Source: Ginglymostoma cirratum
Lineage: Eukaryota
Length of the DNA stretch: 64,000 nucleotides
Reading direction: 5' to 3'
Assembly: GCA_024137785.1 (NCBI GenBank)
Contig: JAHRHZ010000069.1
Span: 24,672,523-24,736,522, forward strand
The notes beneath the pieces are model-generated. The model made no database searches. It was not told the origin of the DNA and saw only the letters and a list, made by a program, of their open reading frames with translations. How positions within the stretch are numbered: the first letter of the stretch is position 1; each line of letters opens with the position of its first letter. Below, in pieces: positions 13,598-27,609 of this stretch. The position numbers and the translations under genes were made by a program.

Positions 13598-13918
13598 CAC
13601 CAGTGTATGGTAATGTCACTGGACTAGTAATCCTGATCTCTAGGCTAATGTCCTGGGGGCATGGATTCAAATCCCACCAGTTGAATTTGAATTCAGTAAA
13701 AATTTGGAATAAAAACCCAGCCTCATGGCAACCATATTGATTGTCATAAAAACCTATCTGGTTCACTTAATGCTTTTTAAGGAGGGAGCTCTGCCATCCA
13801 TACCTGGTCTAGTCTACATGTGATTCCAGTCCCACAGCAATGTACTTGACTCTTAAGTGCCTTTTAGGTGATTAGGAATGTCCAAAAATCCTAGCCATGT
13901 GACCCACATTCTGTGACC
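13598..13918 (+). mobile_element. tRNA-like SINE of family X (partner of LINE family X)
   Basis: Head ggtaatgtcactggactagtaatcc...ggattcaaatcccacc and body cccacagcaatgt..ttgactctta, shared with the copies at 20570 and 61940. Confidence 0.8.
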
Positions 13919-15012
13919 ATTGTAAAAACAAGCCACTCAAAGGTTGAATATGGGAATAGGTGTTTGTATGTCCAACACCTGGTGTTACATTAATTGAGTT
14001 ACATAATGAATGACAAGTAACTACTACAGAAGTTGCTAAAGTCAGCTGATGAAACCACCATTCATTTGCTTATGATGTGTCCACTGTGGATGGAAAGAAC
14101 AGACTCACACATTTTATGATGCTTTGTGTTTTTTACCTGTTCCTTATGAGAAATATGAGGTATCTGCCATGATACACCAGGGACGATCTCTATGCTTGTT
14201 GGTTATCTAATGACTGTTCTCTTTGGGGATGATCTACAGTCAAGGTGACTCCAAGAGAAAATTCCAGGCAATGGAATTGCAGTCAAATGCAGCAAGCTTG
14301 ACTCAGTAGATAAACCAGACAGATTTGCCATATTCTAGTGAAATGTTGTTGATTAACAGTCGTCCACCTCAAAGAAGCATAAGGAAGTAGATCTGATATT
14401 AGGAGCTGGGATTCAGAAACTAAAGCAGAAGGCATGAGAGCATGTTGTTCATTTGTCACCACTGAAGAATACTGGAGAAAATACTCTGATGTACCTAACA
14501 TGGGAGGTTATTACGCCTTTATACAATTTTCCTACAGATAATCTCATGATGGTGCAAATATTTCCTTTTTCCGATTCTATCTCTTCTTTCTCATAGATAG
14601 GTTAGAAATCTCTACGAACTAGATTGTGAAACTCTTTCCAATACCCTTAGTACCATAAGCACAATTTTTGCACTTGTGTAAACAGTAGAAAGGGCATATT
14701 CTTCTTAATGATTATTAAAGCAGAGGGAAAGTCAACACGTAAGAAGCTTATATTTAATATTAACCCCGATATTTGCAACTAAGAAGTTTAATCCAATGAG
14801 AAATTTATTTAAGAGGCACTTTATATAAATATCTGTAATATTGCTCACTCTTCATAAGTTTTGTGATGATGAAGTGCTTAAGAATGCTTTTGTATGACTT
14901 TAAAATTATAGGATATTATTTGGCATAATAGTAGAAAAAAGTTATTTGTAAGGTACAATGATGCTTCTGCCAGTGAATAAATGTCAAGTCCTATACATTT
15001 GTATTCTTGTAG

Positions 15013-15192
15013 AAAGCTTATCGAGACTTTCGGCTGCAGGGAGTACTGGATTCAACCTTGAACAGTAAGACCTACGAGACCATTCGTAACAGACTGACTG
15101 TAGAAGAAGCAACAGCATCGGTTTCTGAAGGTGGTGGTCTTCAAGGGATTACAATGAAAGACAGTGATGAAGAAGATGAGGAGGAAGATTAG
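15013..15192 (+). CDS. CADPS: CADPS (CAPS1) last coding exon; upstream exons were not found in this window
   Basis: Acceptor ttcttgtag|AAA at 15013. Translates [59 protein letters not shown], with TAG at 15190-15192. This is near-identical to the recalled human CADPS C-terminus, and the position upstream of FEZF2 on the same strand matches known synteny. Not in the ORF track because it has no initiator. Confidence 0.96.
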   Translation, partial: KAYRDFRLQGVLDSTLNSKTYETIRNRLTVEEATASVSEGGGLQGITMKDSDEEDEEED

Positions 15193-16310
15193 ATCACATC
15201 TAGAGTTAGAGGCTGAATTTTGACATAGCCTGGTAACAAATGCATGTACCACTCTGTTGTTCAGTTAGCCACAATAGGATCTTGTTTTTCAACTCCATGT
15301 AATTGAAATGAGGGAACTGTTATCAGTCAGATTGAAACTTCAGCTGTGTGAAAATTTAGCACTAATTTAAACCATTTATTTCTAAATTAATTTCTATATG
15401 TTCATAAGCAATATGGAGTAACCATTGTTTGATAATGTTAAGTGAGATATGTAGGAATATTGCTAGGTGTGTCCCTGTTAAATGCGGAACCTATTTGGCG
15501 CTTCATCAATGTAATGTATATATATATACACTTGACAGTAAAATATTGTGGAGATGAGTGAGTTAGATCAGTTATTTATTTATATTTCTTTACTGGCTGC
15601 CAACTGCTTAAAAAGAAAATGTCCTTGTATTAGTGTGATATATAAGTTCTATTAATAATCCTAATTTATCTTTTTTGACAATCTTTTCATTCTTGTGTAT
15701 TTCCTTGTTAAAGTCCTCCTTGAATGCAATTCTATGTATGCAAACGAGGCATGCAGAAGAAGTTGTTGCAAGTTTTGTTAAGATAATTTCTGAATTGGAT
15801 CTTTCCTTTTGAGATGTTATGGGAATGGTACATTTATGCCCAAATTAAAAACACCCATTTTTATTTATAAGAGGAAATAATTCATTAGGATTATCCAATA
15901 TACTTCATGTAATATGTCCAAAAATCAAAAATATACTCAATAAAAAAGACAGCTGAACAAATTTTAAGCCACAGTGAAAGTTAAATTTAAATGCTCTCTA
16001 CTGAGCAACTTTTATTTTCAAATGCTTCATTTAAGTACTGTGAGATATCTTCGTGTTGTTTGTCCATTACTTTCAGCAATCTTTGTTTCACAGTTGGTTT
16101 CTTGTATATATGATGTTGTATAATGCATGACAAAGGGATTTCCTTTTTCTCCAAAAGCTATTAGTTTCTGTGTGGAGTAGCTGGTGGTGGAACAAACCAT
16201 CTCGCTTTGGCCTTATAAAAGCCCACAGCTGTAACATGGAAAACTATGGATTCTTAGTAAATTAATTGTACAAACATCTATCACTTGTGTTTTATTAAAT
16301 TGTTATAAAT
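15193..16310 (+). other. CADPS: Probable CADPS 3' UTR
   Basis: AT-rich, repeat-free sequence after the stop. Candidate polyA signals AATAAA 15939-15944 and ATTAAA 16294-16299. TGTATATA motifs at 15515 and 16103. The 3' end is uncertain. Confidence 0.55.
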
Positions 16311-19300
16311 AAGCTACACTATACCATCACAATGTCCTTATACAATATTTTTGCAGTATGTACAAAATTGAGTATGAAACGAATTACCAGGGCAAAACTG
16401 TATTCAAGCTGACTTACCATCACCATGCTTCTGTGACTAGATCATCTCTAGATGAAAGTTCTGTGAAAACAGAGAAGAAACTACTGAAGCATCTTACTTC
16501 AAAGCAATACTGTACATCAGTGCCTGAGATCCAGTTAACAAAAATGATAACATTTGCCTTTAAATCCTCTTTCACATAATATTAAACATCCAAGAAGTTC
16601 ATTGCAAAATGATCAATGGGCCAATGTCTTAGAAATACATACATCACAAAGATATATTACTTCTTAACAATTACCTGTAAGAACATTCAACATCTGAGAC
16701 AAATTTTCATTCCCTGACAATGCCGGTTCATTACAGTTGGAGTAAAATATAAATTTATTACTGACAACAAGGCTCACAAAGTCCTGCTTCTCGCCCTTAA
16801 TTCTATTGTGTAATAACTCTATGACTGAATATCTCATATATTCAGGAATAATACTAGAGACAACCTCTTAAATGTAAAGCCTCGTACTTTCTCAATGTAC
16901 TGTAGTAATTACGCAGGTTGCTGGAGTGACATTTCTGAGGGATTTGTCCCATTCATCCACTTCAACATTGGTTGAAATGCTTCAGGATCCTTGAAAAGAT
17001 GGAATAAATATGCGTGTTTTAACACAGTTTTCATGCCTCCCACTGAAATTGCAAAGGGCAAATAGGAAAGCTGTTGTGGAGAATTATCTTCTATATCCAT
17101 ATTATATTTAAAAGTCTTGGGTATACGCATGCACTACCTGTCACATTTCTTTCCATTATTCTCATCAGTAATGGTTCTCAATCACTTGATTATAATCATA
17201 CTTAGTACAATTAGTCCTAAATTTGATTTGCCAATCATCTTTTATTCTATTATGATTTTTATCCTCTCAACATTTCCAATTTATTGTCAAGAAGAACTTT
17301 CCATCTCTGTTAAGGGCTTGTTTCTTCCACTTATTCCCTTTTTTTTCAAAAGTTAAACTATTTAGAAATTATTTGCTCCTGTACTTGTATGATGTTTCTC
17401 TCTGACTCACTAGGGTGCTTTTGAAAGACCGGCTGGAGAAATTCACGAGCAGCCGGTGATTGTCAGCAAATGAGACATACAATGCCTGCACACACTGTTG
17501 CAGCAGTTTTTGTCCTAGGTATAGACTTTACTGGCTCCAACCCAGTCCTACAAACACTATCTCTGTCAAACAGCCTGTCCACCTAACATAGCACTAGATC
17601 TAGTGTAACAACTCCAAGTTGATTCAACAATTCGCCTCTGGAATGAATCATGTAATTTTCTTGTGATTGGTCAGTAATTAATGATGTTGCAAGAGTTCAT
17701 CAGGACATGGATGCTTTGGCTATGATTCACTTTTACATGTCACTTCACAGTACTCCTTTGAGTGAGACTGAGGGGTCATATCCTGCAACAACATCAAAGT
17801 GAACAAGAAATCACATGTAAAATAAATGAAAGGGCAAATGCCTACTTTACTAATCTAGCAAATTTAGGGCTTTCTCACCAGTATGCTTGCTCCTCATTAT
17901 TTTCCAAGAAAAGATCCCTTTCACTTGAAGTTTTCAAAGAAGAAATGCCCAGATTAGAAACAGCTATTAACAGAACCAGTTCTGCTGTCACAATCCAGTA
18001 TACAATCAGCCCAGGTATTCTTTTCAAAAGTACACATTGAAAAGTCTGTCACTATAATACCAAGATGATGATCTGTCTTTTCTGTCTCTGATGTGTCTCT
18101 CCAAGATGTATTACACCAATGAGTTTAATATTCGTGTTAAAACCTTAGTCCTAATGCTAAAACTTTACAGTTTTATTTCCAGAAATGTGTTCCTCGTTAT
18201 TATTCATTACAAATATATTAGTACTACATCTGTGATCAGATCTTTTTTCCCATATATTAAGTCTATTAATGCACAACTAACCTTTCTGTCAGTGCCTGGA
18301 AGTTACTCATCAAAACGGTTTCTTCAGGTAACTTTAAACCTACATCTTCAAATATTTACCGGTCAAATTTTCATTATATGTGGAGTTTTAAGTTTGTCCC
18401 AATGCACGTTAGCATTTGGAGGTACCATGGCAGGGTAGAGTGGATGGGGCAGAGGGGAGATTATGCTCAGGACTGTACACCTCTACTGTAGTTTTGCCAG
18501 TGACGGAGAGACTTCAGGCAGCCTGACTCCCGACCCTTTGGCCATTGAAACTCTTTAAGAGGCTAATTATTAGTCATTTAAGGGTTTCTTCCTCACCAGC
18601 AGGTCTCAGAGCTGAGTCTTCCTCCCAGTTGAAGGTGGAGGTTTAACGCTGAGTCGGTTAACAATCCGACAGCCAAAACATCAGCTGGACCTTTCCTGGC
18701 TATGTGAACATAGGCTAGTTCTCCACTTTAAAGCTGAGATCAGGGTTATCATATCCACATAAAATTTCCCACTTTTTTTACATTGTGCTTCACACTAATG
18801 GGAATGAATTTTAACTCCCCACCACTACCCGAATAGGTGTGGAACTGTGGCCAGGGTTGGGTTAAAATGGCATAAAAATGGGAAATCTGATTTCAACCAA
18901 ATGCAGATGTTGCTATTTCCTGTTTCACCATTGAGGTCTGGAGGTTAGCTGAGTTGCATAGTCTTGAGAGGCAGGTTGATGTTTTTACTACGTCAATAAG
19001 GCTGCATGCTTCATGTTTTAGCAGCAATTTCAATACGAACTGTCCACGCTGGGTTTCCCATGTCTTGGAAATCCAGCAGTTAAAGGGAGATGAGAACTTC
19101 TGGATCTAACAGAAAGATTACCTTGCAGCATTGCTGGTGGGCCAAGGAGAACAGGAATGTTTCACCCTGGCCATCCCAAGACATTGTACTACTCTTCTTA
19201 TGATCTCCAGACTGAGTACCATGATCAGCTCACACAGTCCCCTCTATCTATCTCCAGAAATTATCCATAGTCCCACAGTCTGATCTCCAGTAATCCTCCA

Positions 19301-20567
19301 GCAATCCAGTCTCTAAACAAATTTTCAATCACTTGCTCCAATCTTCCCACCTCCTTTACAATCTTTCCTTTCCTCTCCATTCCTCAGCTATGGCCTTGTA
19401 TTTATTGGTAGCAAACAGCATTTTAACTTAGCCAAGTACCAGCTTAAAACAAAAGTACAAATGGGATCCTGCCAGTGAATTCATTTGTACTCTGCTCTTT
19501 TCTGTATTTACTGTATTTCTGGTTGTCCTCCCTCCCCATCTCCCTGTTTATATTAGAACTATGCTGACACTGTCTGACTGTGCTGCACACATGTACAGAC
19601 ATACCTACCAGTGATCAGATCAACATGCTCTGTTAATACTACTCTTAAACCCTTAGCAGAATGCAACAAAGAAATGTGTTTACTAACACGTCAGTCAATG
19701 ATTATACATTGTGATTCACTACTGCCCCACATTTCCCGACATAAATTCCAAAACTTTATTCCAATGTGTTCATAAACAAAAATGTTTGTTCATAAACTTT
19801 TGGCTGTGGGAAGTCAATCCATCTTGCAGGAAAATGTTATTGATATGACTGCAGTTAAGTTACAATGAAGTGGAAAAAATTAACCATATACACCAACATT
19901 GGGAGCCACTGACTGCTCCCCCCTCCTCCCCCCGCCCCCCGCTTTTAATGTATGCATGCCAATCCAAGAAGATTATCTTTACCTTGGTCAGAATATACGA
20001 TTGTCATTAAATTTGCTACCTCGTGATCTCTTTGTCCCTTGCAGCAAGGTATACCTGACTATGTCAATATTGTACTCCTGAGGGAACTGTTTCATCAGTC
20101 ATTGTGACTGCCCCAAGGGTTAGAATTTGGAATCAGTCAATTCAACTGGATGAAAACACTGCAGCAATGAGGCTCTCACAAAAAGAACAATCAGATAGAC
20201 AATTAAACAATACATATTTGAATTAATGCATCAGTGACTCAACTAGCACCTGAGAAATATATTTCATGCCAAAGTTCTACTCAAAAACTGTGTGACGAAT
20301 GCAATCAGTTGAACTCAGGCTGAAAGAGAGAGGCAGATCAGCCGGAAACAGTCAAGTGGGGAGACGCAAGCTAATGAGAATCAAATAGGCAGGCAGGCAG
20401 GGAAACATATTCACAGCATTAGGAGGTTGGTGACACGTGAGTGGTAAGGTTTGCAATTAGGAAGACAGGAGAGGATTGAAAATTGGTCAGACACGTGAAG
20501 TTAGGAAACATTGGAAATTGGCACAGAGAGACAAGCACAGTATCAGTAACCAAATAGAATTAATAAG

Positions 20568-20920
20568 GCAAGGTGTAATGGTAAAGTCACTGGGCTAGTA
20601 ATCCAGAGCCTCAAAGCTAATGCTCTAGGACATAGGTTCAATTCCTATCATGGCAGATAATGAATTTCAATTCAGTTAAAAATCTGGAACAAAAAATATT
20701 AGCCTAATGGTAACCACATGACTGCTGGTTAGTGTTGTGCAAATCCATCTGATTCACTAATGATCTTCAATGAAAGCTGTCCTTCCCGAGTCCAGCCTGC
20801 TTGTGACACCAGACATACAGAAATGTGATTAAATCTAAACTGCTCTCTGGGCAATTAGGGGATGGGCATTAAATGTTGGCCTAGCCAGTGACACACACAT
20901 CCTGTGAATGAATAAAAAAT
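20568..20920 (+). mobile_element. tRNA-like SINE of family X, near full length
   Basis: Same head and body as the 13598 copy. Tail ggcaattaggggatgggcattaaatgttggcctagccagtgacacacacatcctgtgaatgaataaaaaa matches the LINE X 3' ends at 33530 and 62175. Confidence 0.85.
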
Positions 20921-21539
20921 GTGCAGAGGCAATGTTTCATCCTCAGCTCTGCTTCCCGGTGTTTCACAGAAGTTGATAACAATCTATTAATAATTCAGTG
21001 GGATTATACATTCTTAAATATCAATGTTTTACATATATTGAATGTCTCTGAAACCAGAAACTGTTTTTGACTTTTGAAATTGGGCAATGCATCATATCCA
21101 ACAAACCTAAATATATCCAGGGTTTAAGCACATCAGTCTAATGTCAACCTTCTCACATTTAATAGCCTTTTTAATGTATTCAATTATTTTATGTTCTTCT
21201 GTGTGTAAGAGAGATAGAGCCCAGAACAATTTCCAATTTGGACAGTTCAGATAGTATTGGTTGAGATAGAGTATATCTATGCCATGGACTTGAACAAATT
21301 TGAAACTAAACTGGGGTAGTCTAAATTCATTTCATGCAAATGTATACAAACAAAAGGTAATAATACACTCTTGTCTTTAGGCTGAGCTATATTTGAATGC
21401 GAATCCCAAAGCTAAAATGTCATTATTCAGCCAAATTCATTTATTTATATAGGAGCCACAGGCTTTTGTGAGATCTGAATTCAGGAAGAAGTAAAAACTT
21501 TAAGAAGCTACATATAGCTGAAGTAAAGCACAACTATGC

Positions 21540-22080
21540 CACTTCCAGCATGATACCACAACCAAACACATCTTGTCCTCTCCACCCACCATTCAGTATT
21601 CCCCAAAGTGAAGTGTTCCTTCTGCAACACCCTGGTCCACCCCTCTCTCACTCCTAAAACCTCTTCACTCTCTAAGGCATCTTCAATTCAATTGCAAAAG
21701 ATGTAATACTTGCTCTTTATTTCCTCTCTGATTACTGTTCAAGGCCCTAAAAATACCTTCTGGGTGAAGCATAGATTTACTTATGTTTCTTTCAAACTAA
21801 ACTACTCACTCCATTCTTCTGTATATTGGCAAAACCAAACGTAGGCTAATCATCGCTTTTGTGGAACATTCTGTCTTTTAGAATGACATTGATCTTCCAT
21901 TCGCTTGCCTTTTCAAAGCACCACCTTGCTGTCATGCTTCCATATATCCTGGTATTGCAATGTTTCCAGCCAAGGCCAATGCAAGTTGAAGGTACAACAC
22001 TTCATTTCCACTCAGGCATTTTACAGCCTTTGGGACTCACATTGAGTTTAACGACTTCAGACCATGAACTGTGAACTCTA
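21540..22080 (+). mobile_element. Penelope-like element, decayed GIY-YIG endonuclease region
   Basis: With frameshifts it reads FQHDTTTKHI..., CKRCNTC, QGPKNTFWVKHRFT, LYIGKTKRRL..F.EH, and ...LQPLGL..EFNDFR, the usual PLE C-terminal pattern. Confidence 0.75.
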
Positions 22081-22110
22081 TTTTCATTAAACCTCTCCCC
22101 ACCCTCCCAC

Positions 22111-22862
22111 AGGAACATAGGAACAGGAGTAGGCCACTCAGCTCCTGGAGTCGATTCCGCCATTCAATTAGAACATTGCTGATCAAAAAAGGACCAAAGA
22201 GGGATGAATGAGATTACTTTCTAGATAGCATGAAGTTCAATACAGTGGATGTCTAAAGAAACTTGAAGGTTCAAATGCATAAATCTTTAAAATTTCACAA
22301 ACGGGTTGTTATAAGGGGAGTTTATACAAATTAGGCAGTATTCTCTAGAATTTAGAAAGTTAAGAGGTGATCTGATTGAAATCTTCAAGATATTAACAGG
22401 AAAAGACAAGGTTAACAGAGATAAATTATTTCCACTGGTTGGGCATTCAAGAACTAAGGGACATAGTCAGACAATTAGGGCTAAACCATTCAGGAGAGAT
22501 GTTGGGAACAATTTTTACACACGAAGAGTGGTAGATGTTTGGAACGCTCTTTCATAAACAGCAGTGGATGCTAAATCAGTTGTCAATTTTAAATCTGAGA
22601 TAAATAAATTTTTGTTGAGCAAAGCTATGAAAGGATATGGGCCAAAGGCAGGTTTATGGAGTTAAGCCACAGATCATCCATGATCTCATTGAATGGTAGA
22701 ACAGGCTCAAGGGGCTAAAGAGCCTACTCCTCTCCCTATGTTCCCTTGTTCCTATCTGTGGCCTAACTCCATATACTGCCTTTGGCCTATATCCCTTCAT
22801 ACCTTTGCTTAACAAAAAATATCTATCTCAGATCTAAGACTAAAAATTGATCTAGCCTCAGC
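22111..22862. mobile_element. Minus-strand CR1 3' fragment (22111-22184 and 22754-22862) interrupted by a plus-strand CR1 3' fragment (about 22185-22753)
   Basis: The two flanks join into one reverse-complement CR1 3' UTR. The inner copy ends in cctactcctctccctatgttcc. Confidence 0.85.
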
Positions 22863-22864
22863 CG

Positions 22865-23190
22865 CCCTTGATTGAATGGGTTTGCTCCTAGTTCGCTCCT
22901 AGTCTATTTTCTGCTGTTTACAATGACCACTAACAGCTATTCTCCAGAAATATATCACCCACTGCCATTAGTACACCTTTTGCCTTTTGCTTTGGTCATC
23001 CTTGTCATTTGTTCCACTTGCTCCATCTCCCACCCAGCAACCCAGTTTTTAAACAGCATAGAAATCTTCACTTTTCCAGCATCCTTCAGTTCCAAAGAAG
23101 AGTTAAATTGTAACCAAAATATTAATTCTGTTTCTCTTTTCACAAATGCTGTCAGGCCTGTTGAGTTTCTCCAACACTTTCTGTTTTAAG
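22865..23190 (+). mobile_element. Penelope-like element 3' terminal (pLTR-like) segment
   Basis: Ends attaattctgtttctcttttcacaaatgctgtcaggcctgttgagtttctccaacactttctgtttt, as recalled for chondrichthyan PLE termini. It resumes the 21540 element after the CR1 insertions. Confidence 0.6.
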
Positions 23191-25859
23191 AAATTGTTGA
23201 CTTTAACTGTCTTTAATCAGAACTGACCTGGGATAAAAGCCCAATTGAGCAGCGGAGTTCAGAGAGGAAGGAACAGAGAGTGTGAAGGTGTAGGATACAA
23301 ACCTACAACTGCCTAAAAACACAGTTGCCATGAGTGAAAATCCTGACTTGCTTTAAGCTCAAGCTTGTCTACTAATTGATCACTGGGTCCTAGACCTGTT
23401 TCAGCTTGTTATAATATAAGGAAAACAAGAACATTTTGACCTGTATTTTTCTGTGGACCTGGCCTGTGCATATCTCTGCACTGAATTCATCAACGCAGAA
23501 CTATACCACATTACAGTAATTCTGTCGGAAAGCATTGCCTTCTGCCATGCATAATTTTCTACTATACAAAATTGCTTTTTTCTTTATCTTAAAACAAAAT
23601 GGTTGAACTCATAAATTCAAGATAGGCAATGATTACCCAGTGATGCCAGTAAAACATAAAATGAATAAATATATTTAACTTACACATGGGGGATAATTTA
23701 AAAGAGATAGGTTGGCAAAATTAACTTGGAAAACCAGTCCTAGGACACAAAACAAGGTATGCCACAGAAGAGGATAATTTTCAGAAAAATGAGCTACTAG
23801 CAAGGGAGAACTCCATCACTCACTTTATTATTTTCCAAGCATCATATTTCATTTATCTAAATCATTGATTACTGCCATGTCCTCTTTAAAATGTAAATGC
23901 AAAGGGAGAACAGTTGGACAATAGGCACAACAATGAGTTAATCAAATTGAATTGAATGATTATTGTCACTTTTATTTAACAAATAAATACAATGAAAAGT
24001 GGGATATGCCACTGTGCTCCGGCACCATTTTGAACTGCAGAAAATATTAAGATACAACTAATATATAACTAAAAACAGAATTCATTTCCTCCCTTCTTGT
24101 GCTCCACTCAACATTCGGTGAGGGGGCGGGGTAGCTCAACATTGGTCTCCAGAGTCTGTATAACAGCCCCTGGGCTTTTGCAGTAGTATTCAAAGACTGC
24201 TATATATATCTTCAACCTTGTCACTTGATCTGTAAATTATTTTTAAAATGTTCCCAGCATATTCTATTTTATTACGGAACTCTTAACTTTCACATTATCT
24301 TGCTTTTACTATGATTTTGTGCTGCCTCAGTTCAGACAAAACAGGATAGTCAATGTAATGTTCATATTGTTCATGTTGTGTAAAGGATGGGCCTCAGAAG
24401 AGAAATCATGCAGTTCGTTTGGATGGAATGTTCCTTGGTTGAGTCAGGTTAAATTTGGGAATGCTGAAATCCATGTTAAGTCTGCTGTACTTGACAAAGT
24501 TAAGATCTAGTTCTCAACCAACACAGAATTTCCATCTGTTCTTGTTGACTTCAAATGTATATCCCAAATATGGGGGACAGTGCCCTGACGCAGTAGTATT
24601 CCTTTCTCCATTATGAATTCTCATTCCAAATTTTAAAACAAAAATCATCCCCTTTCACTTGAGCTTTCATTCACACACCATTATCCTAATCACATTAATC
24701 TAATCCTCTTCCCCTGTTGCACTGTATTTAGTCTCCTGTATGCTGCATCATAGTCTAATTTATTTCTTTTTTTCTAAATAGCACACGTCCAGAGGATTAT
24801 TATTCAATGCCTTTTAAAATAAAAGTCATTAATTGCTTTCTTGGTCATGTTTCATTCACAAATGGAAAGGGGTCTTTCATAGTTTATGAATCATTGGAGA
24901 GACGTCAAGTCTGTAATTTGTTGCAGAAAATCCATTTTAAAAACTGATCTCTATGTCTGCTGCCTGAAACTCCCAAGCATGCAATATACATAGCATGGAT
25001 ATTTACTGACTTTGTTTTTTTGTCCTACATGCTTGCCGGAAGAAACAAGAGCAGTGTATTAATGAGATGACAGTGTCAGCTTCCCATCTGGGTGACATTT
25101 TATCCCATAGGGTTCCCAGAATGCCAGCTAAGACCAAAGGAGAAACTCTTTCTCAACCAAGAGTTGTTGCTCCACAAGTTGACTTCCAAGAAGGAAAGTA
25201 AAGACAGTGACTCTACTGTGAAATGTCAAGCTTTGGTCTTCTCATCCAAAAATGACACAGACACTTGTGCCTCACAACCAGTTATCCAGAATAATTTGCA
25301 TCCGTTGGGCCCTACAGCTCTTTGAAACTCAGTTCCTTCAGCATGAACTGAAACTCAGCCATCACACAAAGCACCATCGTTGCCAAGAATATTGTGTGGC
25401 ATTCTAGCTAGAACAGAAAGCCTGCTAGTACTGTGTGGTTGTTAGTTATATGATTTCAGCAGGTTAAACTCCTGCAGTACAGTGTTATATACTTGGCGAA
25501 GGCTTGGTTCTTAACAGCCTGCGCCCAGATTCTCTAAGGTTATGTAAGTTGGATGTGAAAAGCAACACCTTCTATCAGGTAAATAGAAACACTATATGAA
25601 TTTCTCAAAAGTTACATTTCAAATTTCAAGCATAATGAGCAGGGACGAGTTTGCACTTAGATCATCAAGCTTTTTCTGCCATTCAATTAGATCTGTGCCT
25701 GGATTATATTTGAACCATGCTGCTTGGTACACTTAAGTAAGAAAAACTGTTGATCGAAGTTTTGAAAATTTCGGTTCAACAAACAGCGTCAATTATTTTG
25801 GGGAGAGTAATTCAGCTATACACAGTCCTTTTATGCTTTGGATTTCCCACCTGGGTAAC

Positions 25860-26590
25860 CTAACTCTCCTTTTAAGATTGTTCTGGATTCTTCCACCTGA
25901 GAAAGTAGCTTCTCTGTATTTAATCTATCAAATCATTTTCTGTCACTTTAAACATGTCAATTTCATTATCTTTCAACCTTCTAAATCCAAAGGAATACAA
26001 GAGATGATTTTTACAACTTTTTCTCATAGCATATCCCTTTAAGCCCCACATTATTCTAGTGAATCTGCACTGTACTCCTTCCAAGGCCAATATGCTCTTT
26101 ATTTGACCTAATATTTAAACTGAATGAACCACTCCAGATAGGCCCTGTAAACCAACAGCATCATTTCCTTTGTTTTGTATTGTAACTCCCATCCCTTTGA
26201 GAAACATGCAAACATTTTATTTCCCCTTTGATTAGTTTTTCTACCTGTGCGCATTTTTTTAAAAATCAGTTGTATAGTGCATAATACAAATCCTTCCCTC
26301 ATCCATTGGTCTTAACCTCTCATAATAAGAAAATATTCTGATTTGTTTATCTTAGATCCAAATGAATTACTTCATATGTCTCCATCTTGAACTCCATGAG
26401 CCACAGCTTTTCTACTCCTTTAAGCTGTCTATGTCCATTTGTAATTTTCTGTTCTCACCCACATGATTTACTGTCACTTCTAACTTACTGTCAACAAGCA
26501 AATAAGAACAGTCTGCATGCCATATACTTAGCTGACGAAAAAGATTACCATCAAAGCAGGAGGTTTGAATTCTATTATTGAATTCATTAT
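25860..26590 (-). mobile_element. Old CR1 ORF2 C-terminal fragment
   Basis: Minus ORF ...SKGWELQYKTKEMMLLVYRAYLEWFIQF resembles CR1 GIEYKSKEVMLQLY..LVRPHLEYCVQFW. Confidence 0.7.
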
Positions 26591-27609
26591 CATTGAACGC
26601 CATTTTTTAAATACAGGATGTATCATGAACAATAGAACATATTGTCATTAGTGCAGAGTGAAGCTTCTGAATCTCCCTCCCATGAGCATAAGGTATTTTG
26701 AAACTGTATCCTTTTCGAGCCTCTTGCTAAATGTATAAATTTCAACTGATTCTTTCCAATGATGTACTTTGCAGGAGCCAACATGTAAAATGCACCATGG
26801 ATTGGTCCTCTGCAACAGTAATACAGCATGCCAGAGTTTTACAAACACATTACGAAAATTCTTACCTGCTTAAATAAGTTATTGCACTTATGATGCATGC
26901 ATCTCAGATTCATTGCAAATGACTTGACCTCAAATGCTTATACATGTTTTGCAGATATATATATAGTTATTGCTATTGTTTAAAATGCTTTAATTGATTG
27001 TTAGAAAATGACAATTGCTTGTAAATCAGGAAGTGAGCAGAAGCAGGGAAGTGACCAATTATGATTTTGTTGCAGATGTTGGGCATATGGTGTTGGGCTA
27101 TTCTTCAGATTGGGCTGTCGACAAGGTTCAATAATTTGAGAGAAGTTGAAGTACTGGGTAAATAAAATGGAAAGGCAAGATTTTTGATAAGCCGTAAGCA
27201 TTTATTAAATCAAGTTAAAAAATCACAGATGCTGATAATCATAGCCAAGGCCAGAATAGAATATTTTACTGATTTAAGAATTACCCACAGGCTGTAATGA
27301 GAAGCTGGTAAGGTTTCTATTCTGCAGAAATAAAATGAAATGTTTTGGAGTGTCTTCTTCAATGAAACTAATGTGTGATCTTTGTCACAAAATGTAATCT
27401 AAAACATCATTGTTGGACATAGTGGAAAATGTTCATACTTAAAAGGACCAGAAGAAACAATCGTTTCCAGGCATTATGTTAAACAAAAATAAAAGACTTA
27501 TCAGGGTATGAATTGCCAATGTTAGTAGATAACTCCAATGAGCTTGATCTTTCCAAAACTAGGATGTTGATTTCCTTTCACTCCACATCTACTTGAAGTT
27601 ACCTTTAAT

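Noticed and set aside
13598-13685. tRNA gene
   Set aside because: The A/B-box-like motifs belong to a SINE head and there is no intact cloverleaf. The same applies at 8992, 20568, 34203 and 61930.
18420-19560. GC-richer patches (also 28530-28830) resembling non-autonomous DNA transposons
   Set aside because: Probably old repeats, but I could not establish termini or family from the sequence.
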